DNA of 64,000 bases from Bacillota bacterium (GTDB lineage Bacteria; Bacillota; SHA-98; Ch115; JABLXJ01), in contig JABLXJ010000013.1 in assembly GCA_013178125.1 (NCBI GenBank), positions 7,751-71,750 on the forward strand, written 5' to 3'. The notes beneath the pieces are model-generated. The model saw only the letters and a list, made by a program, of their open reading frames with translations. It ran no database searches and was not told the origin of the DNA. Position numbers and translations under genes: made by a program. This document shows positions 47,459 to 56,757 of the stretch, one piece after another (within the stretch, counting starts at the first letter, position 1; every line of letters starts with the position of its first letter).

Positions 47459-48412
47459 TCAGAGTGTCACTTTATCTATAATTCCCCTTATGATCTCCGC
47501 GGATTTGCAGAAGGCTTTCTCTTCCTCCTCGCTGAGGCTAAGCGGGACGACCCTGCTTACGCCCTGTTTCCCAACCAGGGCTGGCACGGATAGGCATACG
47601 TCGCTCACCCCGTGGTAATTATCGAGAAGCGAGGATACTGTCAATACGGAATTCTCATCCCTGAGTATGCTCCCTGTAATCTCCGTCATGGCGAGGCCGA
47701 TTGCATAGTAGGTCGCCCCTTTTTTCTCGATAACCTTATATGCTGCATCCCGCACCTCTTCAAAGAGCTCGCGCTGCCATGATGGGTCGCACCCCTTTTC
47801 GCAGAGCGGGCAATACTCTGCCAGCCTCATCCCTGCGATATTAGCGAGGCTCCAGACGGGGACTTCGCTATCGCCATGCTCGCCGATTATGTAAGCGTGG
47901 ACATTTCTCGCGCTTACATTGCAGTGGAGGCTCAACAGGGACCGGAAACGCAAGGTATCCAGCACCGTTCCCGAACCTATGACCATGGATGGGGGGTAAC
48001 CCGAAAGCTTATAGGCAAGATAGGTCATTATATCTACGGGGTTGGTGACTATGAGGAGAACCGACGATGTCATATGCCTGGTAACTTTCGGTATAATGTC
48101 TCTAAAGATATTTGCATTCCTTTGAACCAGGTCGAGACGGGTTTCCCCGGGCTTCTGGGCCGCCCCGGCCGTAATTACAACCATATCCGCGCCCTGGCAC
48201 TCGTCGTAGTCGCCGGACCTGATGATAACGGGCCGCACAAACGGCACCCCGTGCGCAAGGTCCATGGCCTCGCCCTCAGCCCTGGTCCGGTTTACGTCTA
48301 TGAGCACGATCTCGGAGGCGAGGCCGCTGATCATGAGGCAATAGGCGAAGGTCGAGCCCACAAAGCCCGCGCCTATTACGACAACCTTCCTGGAACGCAC
48401 ATCCTTTTGCAT
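47459..48412 (-). CDS. ldh: L-lactate dehydrogenase
   Basis: KVVVIGAGFVGSTFAY, LIDVN, ITAGAAQKPGETRLDL, and IIGEHGDSEVPVWS (catalytic His). Confidence 0.9.
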   Translation of the reverse strand: MQKDVRSRKVVVIGAGFVGSTFAYCLMISGLASEIVLIDVNRTRAEGEAMDLAHGVPFVRPVIIRSGDYDECQGADMVVITAGAAQKPGETRLDLVQRNANIFRDIIPKVTRHMTSSVLLIVTNPVDIMTYLAYKLSGYPPSMVIGSGTVLDTLRFRSLLSLHCNVSARNVHAYIIGEHGDSEVPVWSLANIAGMRLAEYCPLCEKGCDPSWQRELFEEVRDAAYKVIEKKGATYYAIGLAMTEITGSILRDENSVLTVSSLLDNYHGVSDVCLSVPALVGKQGVSRVVPLSLSEEEEKAFCKSAEIIRGIIDKVTL

Positions 48413-48581
48413 GTGTTCGTTCTCCCTCCTACCAATAGTGTGTCCCGGTGGAGGCAGGCTAAAACGCGGTCGGGCTCAAAAAGTTCGGCTCAAACAGGTA
48501 TGGACATTGAAAGAAGGATAGTGTATAATGCATTTTAAAGAAGATACTAGCCGGGTAATCATCCCGGGGATTTTATCGAGT

Positions 48582-48623
48582 GCGCCTATAGCTCAGAGGA
48601 TTAGAGCGCCGGCCTCCGGAGCC
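48582..48623 (+). tRNA. Truncated tRNA-Arg(CCG): 5' 42 nt only (acceptor 5' strand, D-arm, anticodon stem 5' strand and loop)
   Basis: GCGCCTA-TA-GCTC-AGAGGATTA-GAGC-G-CCGGC-CTCCGGA-GCC. Homology then breaks: the 3' anticodon stem is incomplete and there is no T-arm or acceptor 3' strand. Confidence 0.6.
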
Positions 48624-48781
48624 CTAGGCCAGCTAGAGGGCCATTTCAGAAGCAAACATCCTGCTAAAGGCCATGTTGGAAAACAATAACAGTCGGTTTT
48701 AACCCCTTGGGGCCGTGGTACCCTAAACGTATCTCCCATTGTAAAAAATGGGAGGTTTTTACTTTGGCAAGGGCAAGGGTT

Positions 48782-49702
48782 ATGCGCATTGACAGGAAGG
48801 TAATCTCGACATGGCAGGAAGCCCTATCCGACTTTATCCTTTCCAGGCAAGCCATGGGTCTATCGCCCAGGACAATCAATGACTATCAGCAACATGTCAA
48901 GCTTTTCTTCTCCCGTTACCCTGACGCTTGGAACCCCTCAAATCTCAAACGAGCAGTGATGATGCACATGTCCCATCCTGTGGCACCCGCCACTTTTAAC
49001 AACCGACGGAAGTACCTGAAGATCTTCTTCAACTGGTGTATGGAGGAAGGCATATTCCCCGAAAACCCGTTGTCCAGAGTCCCAAAGAAGAGGGACGAAG
49101 GCCGGATCAGGGACATTAAAGCGGAGGTGCTTGAGCGTCTTATGTCCCTGCCAAACAAAAAGACCTACACTGGCCTGCGTGACTACGCTTTGATCCTCTT
49201 AAGTCTCGATATCGGGATCCGCCCAAGAGAAGCGTTATCTTTACTTGTGTCTGATGTTGACCTGGAAGGTAAGACGGTTACCATCAGGCGCGAGATATCC
49301 AAGACCAGGAAGACCAGTATCCTGCCCATTACTGAGCCGGTTGTCAATGCCCTGAAAAAGCTCGTTCATGTAAGACACCCCGTGTGGGATAAAGACGCAC
49401 CACTCTTCTGCACTAGAGATGGAACACCGCTGACAGTAAGAAGGTGGGAAGCAAGGCTCAAGAAATACTCAGACATCCTGGGAACGAGCGTCACTCCTTA
49501 CGATTTGCGCCACGGTTTTGCCACCTTGTTCTTGAGAGACGGAGGAAACGTATATGCTCTCCAGAAGATTTTACGTCACTCCAGTATGGATATGGTTAGA
49601 CGGTACTTACAATTTAACGATGAAGACATAAGACGACAGCATGAGCTTGCGTCACCTGTAGTGAGGCTCTTAACCAAGACGCCGAGGGTTGGTAAGATTT
49701 AG
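48782..49702 (+). CDS. Tyrosine recombinase / phage-type integrase
   Basis: N-terminal SAM-like domain and a catalytic domain with R...HxxR...Y (LRDYALILLSLDIGIRPREA; DLRHGFATLFL; LRHSSMDMVRRYL). Start moved to the ATG at 48782. Confidence 0.85.
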   Translation: MRIDRKVISTWQEALSDFILSRQAMGLSPRTINDYQQHVKLFFSRYPDAWNPSNLKRAVMMHMSHPVAPATFNNRRKYLKIFFNWCMEEGIFPENPLSRVPKKRDEGRIRDIKAEVLERLMSLPNKKTYTGLRDYALILLSLDIGIRPREALSLLVSDVDLEGKTVTIRREISKTRKTSILPITEPVVNALKKLVHVRHPVWDKDAPLFCTRDGTPLTVRRWEARLKKYSDILGTSVTPYDLRHGFATLFLRDGGNVYALQKILRHSSMDMVRRYLQFNDEDIRRQHELASPVVRLLTKTPRVGKI

Positions 49703-49763
49703 ACTCGACCCCTCAAGGACTGGGCATGTATATAAATCCATAGGCAGCTAGAAGAAAGGGCTC

Positions 49764-50456
49764 CTAAAAACCAGGAGCCCTTCTTTCCATCATATGTTTA
49801 CATGCAATCTTGCTGTTCGCCCATATCTCAAATCCCTTTTTCTTCGCCTCCAAGCAGAAGCCCACGTCTTCCCCCTGCTCGTGGTAGCAGTACCTTACCT
49901 CCTCTAATACTTTCTTTTTGAGGAGATATACCGCTCCTGTTACATCACATTGAAACAAGGCGTTTTTCGGGAAGTCCAGATAGTGAGTTATACTGCCGTT
50001 TCTGTGGGCCATTATGTTGGGGAATACCTTTGAGGGATCGTTCCATATCTGGGCGCTCACTATGTCTTTGTCTGCGACTATGAGCTCTTTTAAGGTATAG
50101 GGAGGAACCAGGATATCTGAGTCCACACTGAAGAGGTAGTCCGCTTCCATGTCCAGGGCCTGCTCAACCAGGATGTTTCTGAGCTCGGCGAGACTTACGT
50201 ATATCTTTTTTCTGACGTTCCACGTCCTCTGATCTTCTATCTGACCAAGGTCGTGCTCCAGGATGCGGATTTGTCTATACTCATCCTTATGCTCCCTGGC
50301 AAAGGACATGAGGATCTCTTTTGTCCTGTCTGTGGAGTCGTTTATGACAAAGCACAGAGATAGGTCATCCTTTGGGAAATCCAGGTTATATATGTGGTCC
50401 AGATATTCTCCTATGATCCAATCCCTATTCCTTACCGGGCAGCCGATCACTACCAT
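49764..50456 (-). CDS. Glycosyltransferase family 2-like protein
   Basis: VVIGCPVRNRDW..., INDSTDRT, and a DxD-like SVDSD motif. The assignment is by resemblance only. Confidence 0.55.
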   Translation of the reverse strand: MVVIGCPVRNRDWIIGEYLDHIYNLDFPKDDLSLCFVINDSTDRTKEILMSFAREHKDEYRQIRILEHDLGQIEDQRTWNVRKKIYVSLAELRNILVEQALDMEADYLFSVDSDILVPPYTLKELIVADKDIVSAQIWNDPSKVFPNIMAHRNGSITHYLDFPKNALFQCDVTGAVYLLKKKVLEEVRYCYHEQGEDVGFCLEAKKKGFEIWANSKIACKHMMERRAPGF

Positions 50457-50847
50457 ATGCCCTCGTGTATACCTCCACTATTTGCTGGGCTCTTGCTGCA
50501 TAGTTGTGCTTCTCATAGACCTCCTTCTGAGCCTTTCTCGCTATTTCTTGCCTTTCTTCGCTGTCCATGTGGAGGATCATTTCCATCAGTTCTAAAGTCT
50601 CCTCTTTATTTTTTGCCTGGAATATGAGGTCGCCAAAGAGGTTCTCCTGGGCTTTGGTGTAGTGGGCGAGGAATAAACCTCCTCCGCATGCTAGGGCTTC
50701 ATACGGCCTCATGGAGGTCTGGGTCGCGGAAGTATCGTCGCAGTTCATCCCAAGGATGATTTTCGCTGAGCTATATACACAAGGAAGCTCCTCGTAAGGC
50801 AGTATGCCACCATAGATGTCCATATGTTTCGGATATGTTCCATTCAC
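50425..50847 (-). pseudogene. C-terminal fragment of a CgeB/GT1-type glycosyltransferase
   Basis: Only the C-terminal domain is present (SAKIILGMN..., RPYEALACGGGLF...). The 5' part is replaced by IS21 debris at about 50846. Confidence 0.5.
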
Positions 50848-51097
50848 GAAGACCGGAGCTGAGCTTCTCTATCAATTTTGCGCCAGCCGCTATGAGAGGG
50901 GCAGCATGATAGTCACCACAAACCTGGAGCTTAGCCAGTGGACGGAGGTGTTTGGGGATGAGAGAATGACAGCGGCACTTCTTGATCGGCTCACCCATAG
51001 GGCCCATATCCTGACTTTAAACGGGGAGAGTTATCGTTTCCGGGAGAGCATGCGTAAACAAGAGGTAGAACGTGAGATGTTGCACACGCCTGCCTAG
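50846..51097 (+). mobile_element. IS21-family IstB helper ATPase, C-terminal remnant
   Basis: ...GAELLYQFCASRYERGSMIVTTNLELSQWTEVFGDERMTAALLDRLTHRAHILTLNGESYRFRES matches the IstB C-terminus. There is no Walker A region and no istA. Confidence 0.65.
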
Positions 51098-51605
51098 GCG
51101 TAGCCTAGGCAGGGGGTGGATCCCATTTTCGTGTCCGCAGTGGTCCCCTTTTTGATTGCCAAACACACCGGAGTGGAGCAATATAAAGCGCGTTCATTAT
51201 GATCTCCTTCCGGACAACATTGGGTTCTGGTTCTCAGATGACTGTGGTTCTAATCCGCCAGATGGTTGAATTGGAAATGTCTTTCTTCTACCAGGATAGG
51301 AGCTATAATTCTCGAAGGCTGTTCTCGGATGGTTTACATCGAACACCCATTCGAGACCCATTCGAAGAGATAAAAACAGCTGGATTTAGTGAATGTAGAA
51401 GTTTACCTTGGCCATCAAGAAGAATTCCCTGGGGTGCTGCCGGAGGTTTTTGCAACGGTTTCTTCTGTGGTGAAAGAGGTTAAGCCGGGAGACATCTTAC
51501 CTATCACTGCCAGGGTTGATGAGGCGATGACACAGGATAGTCCGTCGGACGATTCGATTTGGGCAATCTATCTACCTAATCTGTACTGGAGGTTGACTGA
51601 CTCGC

Positions 51606-53798
51606 TTATTCGCTATCGAAGATACTGCGAAATATGGCCTCGAATTCGGAAACCTCTCTACCATTGAAGACGACTTTGGGGCACAAAGCAAGTATTTGGT
51701 CCCTCATTGTGATTAACTCGCAAGCCCGCAGTGCGCGTGTGGGTTTATCGACGCCGGTAACGCCGTTAGGGTAATAATCTTCGATTGCGCCTTTGGCAAG
51801 CACATTAATCCTGAGCTCTCTCAGGCGTTCAAGTAGCTCATACTTATCATGGAGTTCTGGGTGCCCTTTACGTAGGAGATTGCGACGCCTTGTCTCAGTC
51901 TCCTCAGAAAAAAGTAACTCAATTTCATCTGCCTCGTCATTGGTGATTTGCCTACCATTAGCAATTTCCCGTGCTAGATATTTTAATCTCTGGTATCTTT
52001 CCTGCCAGGTGTACTTACGTACCATCTCTTTGATCTTTTCCCTTGTCAGAGTCCCATCGATTCCTTCATCTTTTGCAATCTTGTCGATGACCTGGAGAAA
52101 TGCTCTCCTCTGATCAGCAACGTCTTCGGTAACCTCTAGTTTATCGAAATCTTCAAGAAGTGCATCTAGGTCAAGTATAGCATGCACCTCAAGCCCGAAC
52201 TTTTCAAAGAACTCTCTATACCTCGCCACATTCCCCTTTCCGTTGATCCTTATGAGGGGGATATTGCGTGCTTCGAAATCCCACTCCTCGTTTAGGATGC
52301 GGGCAACATGGGCTAAATAGATGGCATCGGAATCTCCCTCAACTAGGACGACCTTGCGGGCAAAAAATGCTGCAGAATTGTTCTCGTAACAGATCAGCTG
52401 AAAGGCATCCTTCCGGCGAGTATCATGTAGCAGATTAATCACCATTGGATTTCCATATGGTTTTGCATCGGGTGGGTGATCTTTTGCTAATTTGATGAAT
52501 GTTCCGGTCCCTGTAGGAGAAAAAAATAGTGGTGAGTGAGTGGTGACAACGACATGGTGCTGTTCCGAAAGCCTCGTTAAGGCTTTAAAAAGAATCCGTT
52601 GTCCTGACGGATGGAGATATAGTTCCGGTTCTTCAAAGAGGAATAAGTAATGTGGTCCAGAGGATCTCCTTAGTTGTTGATCTTCGGGCATTGGGGCCCT
52701 TTGCTTCATCTGCAAATCCACATAGCTCCTCAGCAGGGCGAAGGTTACTGACCTCTTGAGACCATCGCCTTTGGTCTCTACCACATCTCTGACACCATCA
52801 TCCACCATTATCTTCGTGCTCGAGAAGACCTGCTTCAGCTCGGGCGGTGGGATGTGTAGTTGTAAATCAACTGTTGGGAAGTTTTCTCTCAGATACGTCA
52901 GTACTTGGGATTCTATTTCCCTAATGTGCGGCAGGCGATTATCGACTACGGCACCATTTTCCGTTGATGTCCTATTGAGCATCGAATTGAGTTTTTCAAA
53001 GGATGCGGCAATCTCCTGAACCTCTACTGTACCCTCTAGCATCCTTAACAGGACACCAATAAGCTTACCAAAGGTTGCGGATTCCTTTATCTTGATTTCA
53101 TCCGTAAGATCCTTGACAGCTGGGATGTATATTGGCTCTGGGAGTAGCCTTTTAATGCTATTTGATATTCCTGTCGGCAGCGGTAAGTCACCCATGGTCT
53201 TTTCGCTCTCTGGTAAAGCTGTAATTATCTCCTGTATTTTCTCCTTTGCTGCCGATTGGGAGGTGATCCCAGCAAATTGGCTTTTGAATTCAGGTAAATG
53301 GCTTTCAAGGATATCCCTGATCTCAGAACCACGCTTGCCCTTCAGGATTTTATCTATAACATCAGGATCAAATCGCTTATCCTTTGGTACCGACCCTAGA
53401 TAGTAATAGTCAGATGAAGATCCATCGACACCATAGCATCTTACGAGTGTTAGTTCCTTATTGGCGACAATGCCTTCCACTCGATCCCTATGTTCGGGGG
53501 CAATCCGCTCTAGATCATCATCGGATATATCACTAAGCGTGACCTCAAATCTAACTGGTTGTGATGGATCATAGAAATCTGAGCTATCGATTCTGGAGCC
53601 GGAGAGAAATAGGCTGAGAGCAAGCAAAACTGTTGATTTTCCTGTATTGTTCTCACCAATTATGCAGACGAATGGGGAGAGATCAATGCGACAGTCCCTT
53701 AGGGCACGGTAGTTGGAGACATGGAGTCTGCTTAGATTCACGGGATTAACGCCTCCTAATAAGACATGCCATACCATTTTATCTTGATTGGATTGCAT
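51606..53798 (-). CDS. OLD-family nuclease (ABC-type ATPase fused to a Toprim domain)
   Basis: Walker A GENNTGKST, FEEPELYLHP (Walker B/D-loop), VVVTTHSP (H-loop), and Toprim VVLVEGDSDAIYL plus a downstream acidic cluster ILDLDALLED. Confidence 0.8.
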   Translation of the reverse strand: MQSNQDKMVWHVLLGGVNPVNLSRLHVSNYRALRDCRIDLSPFVCIIGENNTGKSTVLLALSLFLSGSRIDSSDFYDPSQPVRFEVTLSDISDDDLERIAPEHRDRVEGIVANKELTLVRCYGVDGSSSDYYYLGSVPKDKRFDPDVIDKILKGKRGSEIRDILESHLPEFKSQFAGITSQSAAKEKIQEIITALPESEKTMGDLPLPTGISNSIKRLLPEPIYIPAVKDLTDEIKIKESATFGKLIGVLLRMLEGTVEVQEIAASFEKLNSMLNRTSTENGAVVDNRLPHIREIESQVLTYLRENFPTVDLQLHIPPPELKQVFSSTKIMVDDGVRDVVETKGDGLKRSVTFALLRSYVDLQMKQRAPMPEDQQLRRSSGPHYLFLFEEPELYLHPSGQRILFKALTRLSEQHHVVVTTHSPLFFSPTGTGTFIKLAKDHPPDAKPYGNPMVINLLHDTRRKDAFQLICYENNSAAFFARKVVLVEGDSDAIYLAHVARILNEEWDFEARNIPLIRINGKGNVARYREFFEKFGLEVHAILDLDALLEDFDKLEVTEDVADQRRAFLQVIDKIAKDEGIDGTLTREKIKEMVRKYTWQERYQRLKYLAREIANGRQITNDEADEIELLFSEETETRRRNLLRKGHPELHDKYELLERLRELRINVLAKGAIEDYYPNGVTGVDKPTRALRACELITMRDQILALCPKVVFNGREVSEFEAIFRSIFDSE

Positions 53799-53977
53799 AT
53801 ACTATATTTCCATAACCAACCATAGATTCCTGCTTGAGGACCAGGCTGGCCATTACAGATTTTTAGATGGCCTGCACGTTACAGACAAAGATAGTCGCAT
53901 TCCCGCGCCCTTGGTTATTCTCTTTGCGTGTATGATCTCACGAATAGGCCAACCGTAAGATTCTCATTATCACAAAC

Positions 53978-54006
53978 TTGCGAGGTAGAAGGAAATGGCA
54001 TATATG
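53978..54006 (+). promoter_or_regulatory. Candidate sigma-70-type promoter for the retron transcript
   Basis: TTGCGA (53978-53983), a 17-nt spacer, then TATATG (54001-54006), about 20 nt upstream of the left inverted repeat. The -10 element is imperfect. Confidence 0.3.
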
Positions 54007-54025
54007 TGTCGAAATATGCAGATTA

Positions 54026-54185
54026 GTGAGGGCACTAGTTTTAGGGTCATTTTGCATAGGGCGTGGCCGTGTGCCGGGCGTTAAGCCAGGCCGTTGAATT
54101 GATAGACTTGTGGCCGCGCGGAAGTCCCTCGTCTACCCTCTCGGGTAGCCAAGGTCCTTCCGCGCGGCTCTTGTAGTGCCCTCGC
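54026..54185 (+). ncRNA. Candidate retron msr-msd non-coding RNA
   Basis: Perfect 10-bp inverted repeats GAGGGCACTA (54028-54037) and TAGTGCCCTC (54174-54183) flank about 136 nt. That interval contains a perfect 12-bp stem (54113-54124 / 54157-54168) with a nested hairpin CTACCC-TCTC-GGGTAG. Lies upstream of the retron RT operon. Confidence 0.6.
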
Positions 54186-54220
54186 CCAATTTCGTTAACC
54201 TAGTGAAATGGTGGGATGAT

Positions 54221-55162
54221 ATGCCCTTTGATAGACGCCTCTACCCTGAATCCCTTCTCATACAGGTTCGGGATCGACTCAAGCGGGGCCCGACCGTGAG
54301 TCAGGCGATCCCAAAGTTTCTATTCTTATGTGGCAGGCAATTTGATGCAGGCAGTGGCGCTGATCATATCACTAACCGCGAGTGGGTCATGGAGCACCTC
54401 GACCATTACGCGTCTAAAAACATATCCAGTATCGTGGTTCTATTTGCTGAGCAGCTTTGGATTGGACTTGATATAGATTTGCTGACTTTTGAACACTTTA
54501 TGGCCGGGATAAGCGATATGGTCCTCCTGTTTGTGGAGAGCTGGGGGACGGCGGCTGAGCTCGGAGCCTTTGCTTCCATTGACAGTCTGGTTGAGAAGAT
54601 GCTTGTCTACAATGACAAGAAGTACAGGGAGTCTAACTCATTCATAAACAACGGGCCTATCAAGAAGATTCGGGATTCCAACCCGCATGGCGTGGTCTTT
54701 GGTAATCTGGACTCCATATTCGAGAGCGGGGAGCTTCACGATGCGCTTACACATTTGGATAGCATAAGGAAGACTGTCAAACCCAACACGAGTAACAGGG
54801 TCGAGTTTGTGCCATTTTGTTTAGAGCTTTTGGACCTTATTGGCTTGCTGGGACCAGTTTTGAGGAAAGATCTGATCGAAATATATAAGTCCGTCAAAGG
54901 GTTCGGTAATTTCGACCTTGTACTACCATCGAGCACGTCTTCCATCAGTGCCGCGTTTGCACTTGATTTCCTCCAGATCTCTTCCTTAGCTTGGGAGTCA
55001 TCTGGATATCTACGGCTAAATACGAAGGCAGTAAGGAAAAACTTGTGTCTGCTTGACCTAAGTGACCATGAATTCGAGTGCCTGCGTGCCAAATTTATGG
55101 CCAGGAAGATGAGGTACATAGGCAGTTCCAATCTTCCCGTCTTTGAGGAAAGATCAGCATGA
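54221..55162 (+). CDS. Retron-associated effector candidate (unknown family; possible NDT/SLOG-like N-domain plus a C-terminal helical/DNA-binding-like domain)
   Basis: ATGA stop/start overlap with the RT gene. Motif VLLFVESWGTAAELGAF. The ATG at 54221 follows GGTGGGA; the ORF track GTG start at 54176 would overlap the ncRNA arm. Function is inferred. Confidence 0.6.
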   Translation: MPFDRRLYPESLLIQVRDRLKRGPTVSQAIPKFLFLCGRQFDAGSGADHITNREWVMEHLDHYASKNISSIVVLFAEQLWIGLDIDLLTFEHFMAGISDMVLLFVESWGTAAELGAFASIDSLVEKMLVYNDKKYRESNSFINNGPIKKIRDSNPHGVVFGNLDSIFESGELHDALTHLDSIRKTVKPNTSNRVEFVPFCLELLDLIGLLGPVLRKDLIEIYKSVKGFGNFDLVLPSSTSSISAAFALDFLQISSLAWESSGYLRLNTKAVRKNLCLLDLSDHEFECLRAKFMARKMRYIGSSNLPVFEERSA

Positions 55163-56124
55163 GCTTGATTGAAAGAATCAGTCGCTCCTTGGATATAGAC
55201 GAGAATCTTATTAAGACCATCGCCCGGACCAGCAACAAATACTACCGGGTGTTCTCAATTAGTAAGAAATTTGGCGGAGTCAGGTCGATATACCATCCCT
55301 CACCAATTCTAAAGGTATTTCAATATTGGCTTGTGCAGAATCTCATTTCTCACCTGCCTGTGTCGGAACATGCAACTGCCTATGGGCTTGGATGTTCCAT
55401 TAAGAGAAATGCCCAACTCCATGCTGCGGCCAAGCATATAGTCCGCATGGATGTTAAGAACTTTTTTCCATCAATAAGATTCCAGCTCCTAGCTGATAGG
55501 ATTAATGCCTTCAGGGATACTATCCCAGGCGGAGCATCTTTAACTGAGGAAGATCTTCAACTCATCAATGGCATTTGTTTTGTGCGGGGTAGGCTAGTTA
55601 TAGGCAGTGTCTGTGCTCCAGCAATTTCAAACGCGGTTATGTACCCGTTTGACTGCGAGGTCTCCCAACAGGCTAGAGCTTTGCATCTCACTTACTCAAG
55701 ATATGCGGATGATATCGTGTTTTCGAGTAATGAATGGATTCACCCAAGTATTGTCGAGGATATCGATGGCCGACTGGGCAAATTCGGCATGAAACTAAAT
55801 CGCGAAAAGACGATTTTTATGGGCGGCTCTGATCGGAAGATGGTAACTGGCATTTTGCTCAACACTGGTAGATTATCAATAGGAAGAGCGCGTAAGGAAA
55901 GCATCAAGAAGATGCTATATCAGAAACTGCGTACCGGTGCCGGTGATAATCGGAAGATCTTGGGATATCTAAACTATCTTAGGGATATTGAGCCTGACAC
56001 GTTCAATAGGATGGTGGTTAAGTATAACTCGTTCTTCGGTAGGAATATAATGCGCGTACTAACGGAAGCGCCAGCAGATACACGCAAGGCTCAGGCCGAG
56101 GCGGCTCCAACTAAGAAACCTTAG
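55159..56124 (+). CDS. Retron-type reverse transcriptase
   Basis: YYRVFSISKKFGGVRSIYHPSPILKVFQYWL, NAQLH (retron NAxxH), MDVKNFFPSI, YSRYADDIVFS (YADD), KLNREKT, and RKMVTGILLN (retron VTG motif). About 320 aa with no maturase or endonuclease domains. Confidence 0.9.
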   Translation: MSLIERISRSLDIDENLIKTIARTSNKYYRVFSISKKFGGVRSIYHPSPILKVFQYWLVQNLISHLPVSEHATAYGLGCSIKRNAQLHAAAKHIVRMDVKNFFPSIRFQLLADRINAFRDTIPGGASLTEEDLQLINGICFVRGRLVIGSVCAPAISNAVMYPFDCEVSQQARALHLTYSRYADDIVFSSNEWIHPSIVEDIDGRLGKFGMKLNREKTIFMGGSDRKMVTGILLNTGRLSIGRARKESIKKMLYQKLRTGAGDNRKILGYLNYLRDIEPDTFNRMVVKYNSFFGRNIMRVLTEAPADTRKAQAEAAPTKKP

Positions 56125-56433
56125 ACTAGTATGCAGTATTGGCAATAGCCCTAAAATGTTTATATACCGATTAGTGACAATTGATAGCCAAAACGATGAG
56201 ATCTTCTCGCCGGGCGCGAGATAGATTTTGTGTCTAGGCAGCCTTGCTCATTCAGGATCATTTGGCTCATTTAGATCAGAGTCTATAACGCCACGATGTC
56301 ACTAGCCGGGGGATTGCTCGATGGCCCCAGTCCATTCCTTGTTGCGGATTGATGATATTTTGTAGCATATTCACTGGCAGCTGAAGCGAAAAGCCTGAGA
56401 CGATTTCCTAGTTATCAATGCAATGCCGCCGGA

Positions 56434-56715
56434 ATGCTTATTGTTCCGCTAGCCGCCGCTGCCCATAATGCCGGATCAAAACGCATGGTGCTCACATCCT
56501 CTTTGGCCGTGTATGGGGATGTGGGGGGCCGCCGCTTAGCGAATCGGCATTTCCATCACCAGTTTCACCTTACGCATTTCTGGGCTTATATCAATAAGGC
56601 CGGGCGGATGCTTGGTTATGAGCCGAGGTTTAGCCTTGAGCAAGGCATCCTGGAGAAAGCGGAATGGCTTAGCTGTTTGGCGAAGTGCCGGGAGGAAGTG
56701 GCGGCGGGTTTGTGA
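56434..56715 (+). pseudogene. Degraded fragment of an NAD-dependent epimerase/dehydratase gene
   Basis: ...GSKRMVLTSSLAVYGD... and ...LGYEPRFSLEQGI... are separated by non-homologous sequence. There is no N-terminal Rossmann part. Confidence 0.45.
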
Positions 56716-56757
56716 TAGTGATGCGCCGGGAAGTCCCGTGACCAGCACGGTCGCGTT

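Noticed and set aside
48582-48660. A complete tRNA-Arg gene
   Set aside because: After position 42 the 3' anticodon-stem strand is wrong (GCCCT instead of GCCGG). There is no GTTCGAATC-like T-loop and no acceptor 3' strand. I therefore treat it as a fragment.
51199-51667. ORFs 51199-51483 and 51389-51667 between the IS21 debris and the OLD gene
   Set aside because: No recognisable motifs or RBS. The second overlaps the 3' end of the OLD gene on the opposite strand. They are probably non-coding debris, although a decayed gene cannot be excluded.
55159-56124. The RT as a group II intron or DGR reverse transcriptase
   Set aside because: The protein is only 321 aa with no maturase/X or endonuclease domain, and no intron domain V/VI-like RNA is present. 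No template/variable repeat pair was seen. The NAxxH and VTG motifs are retron-type.
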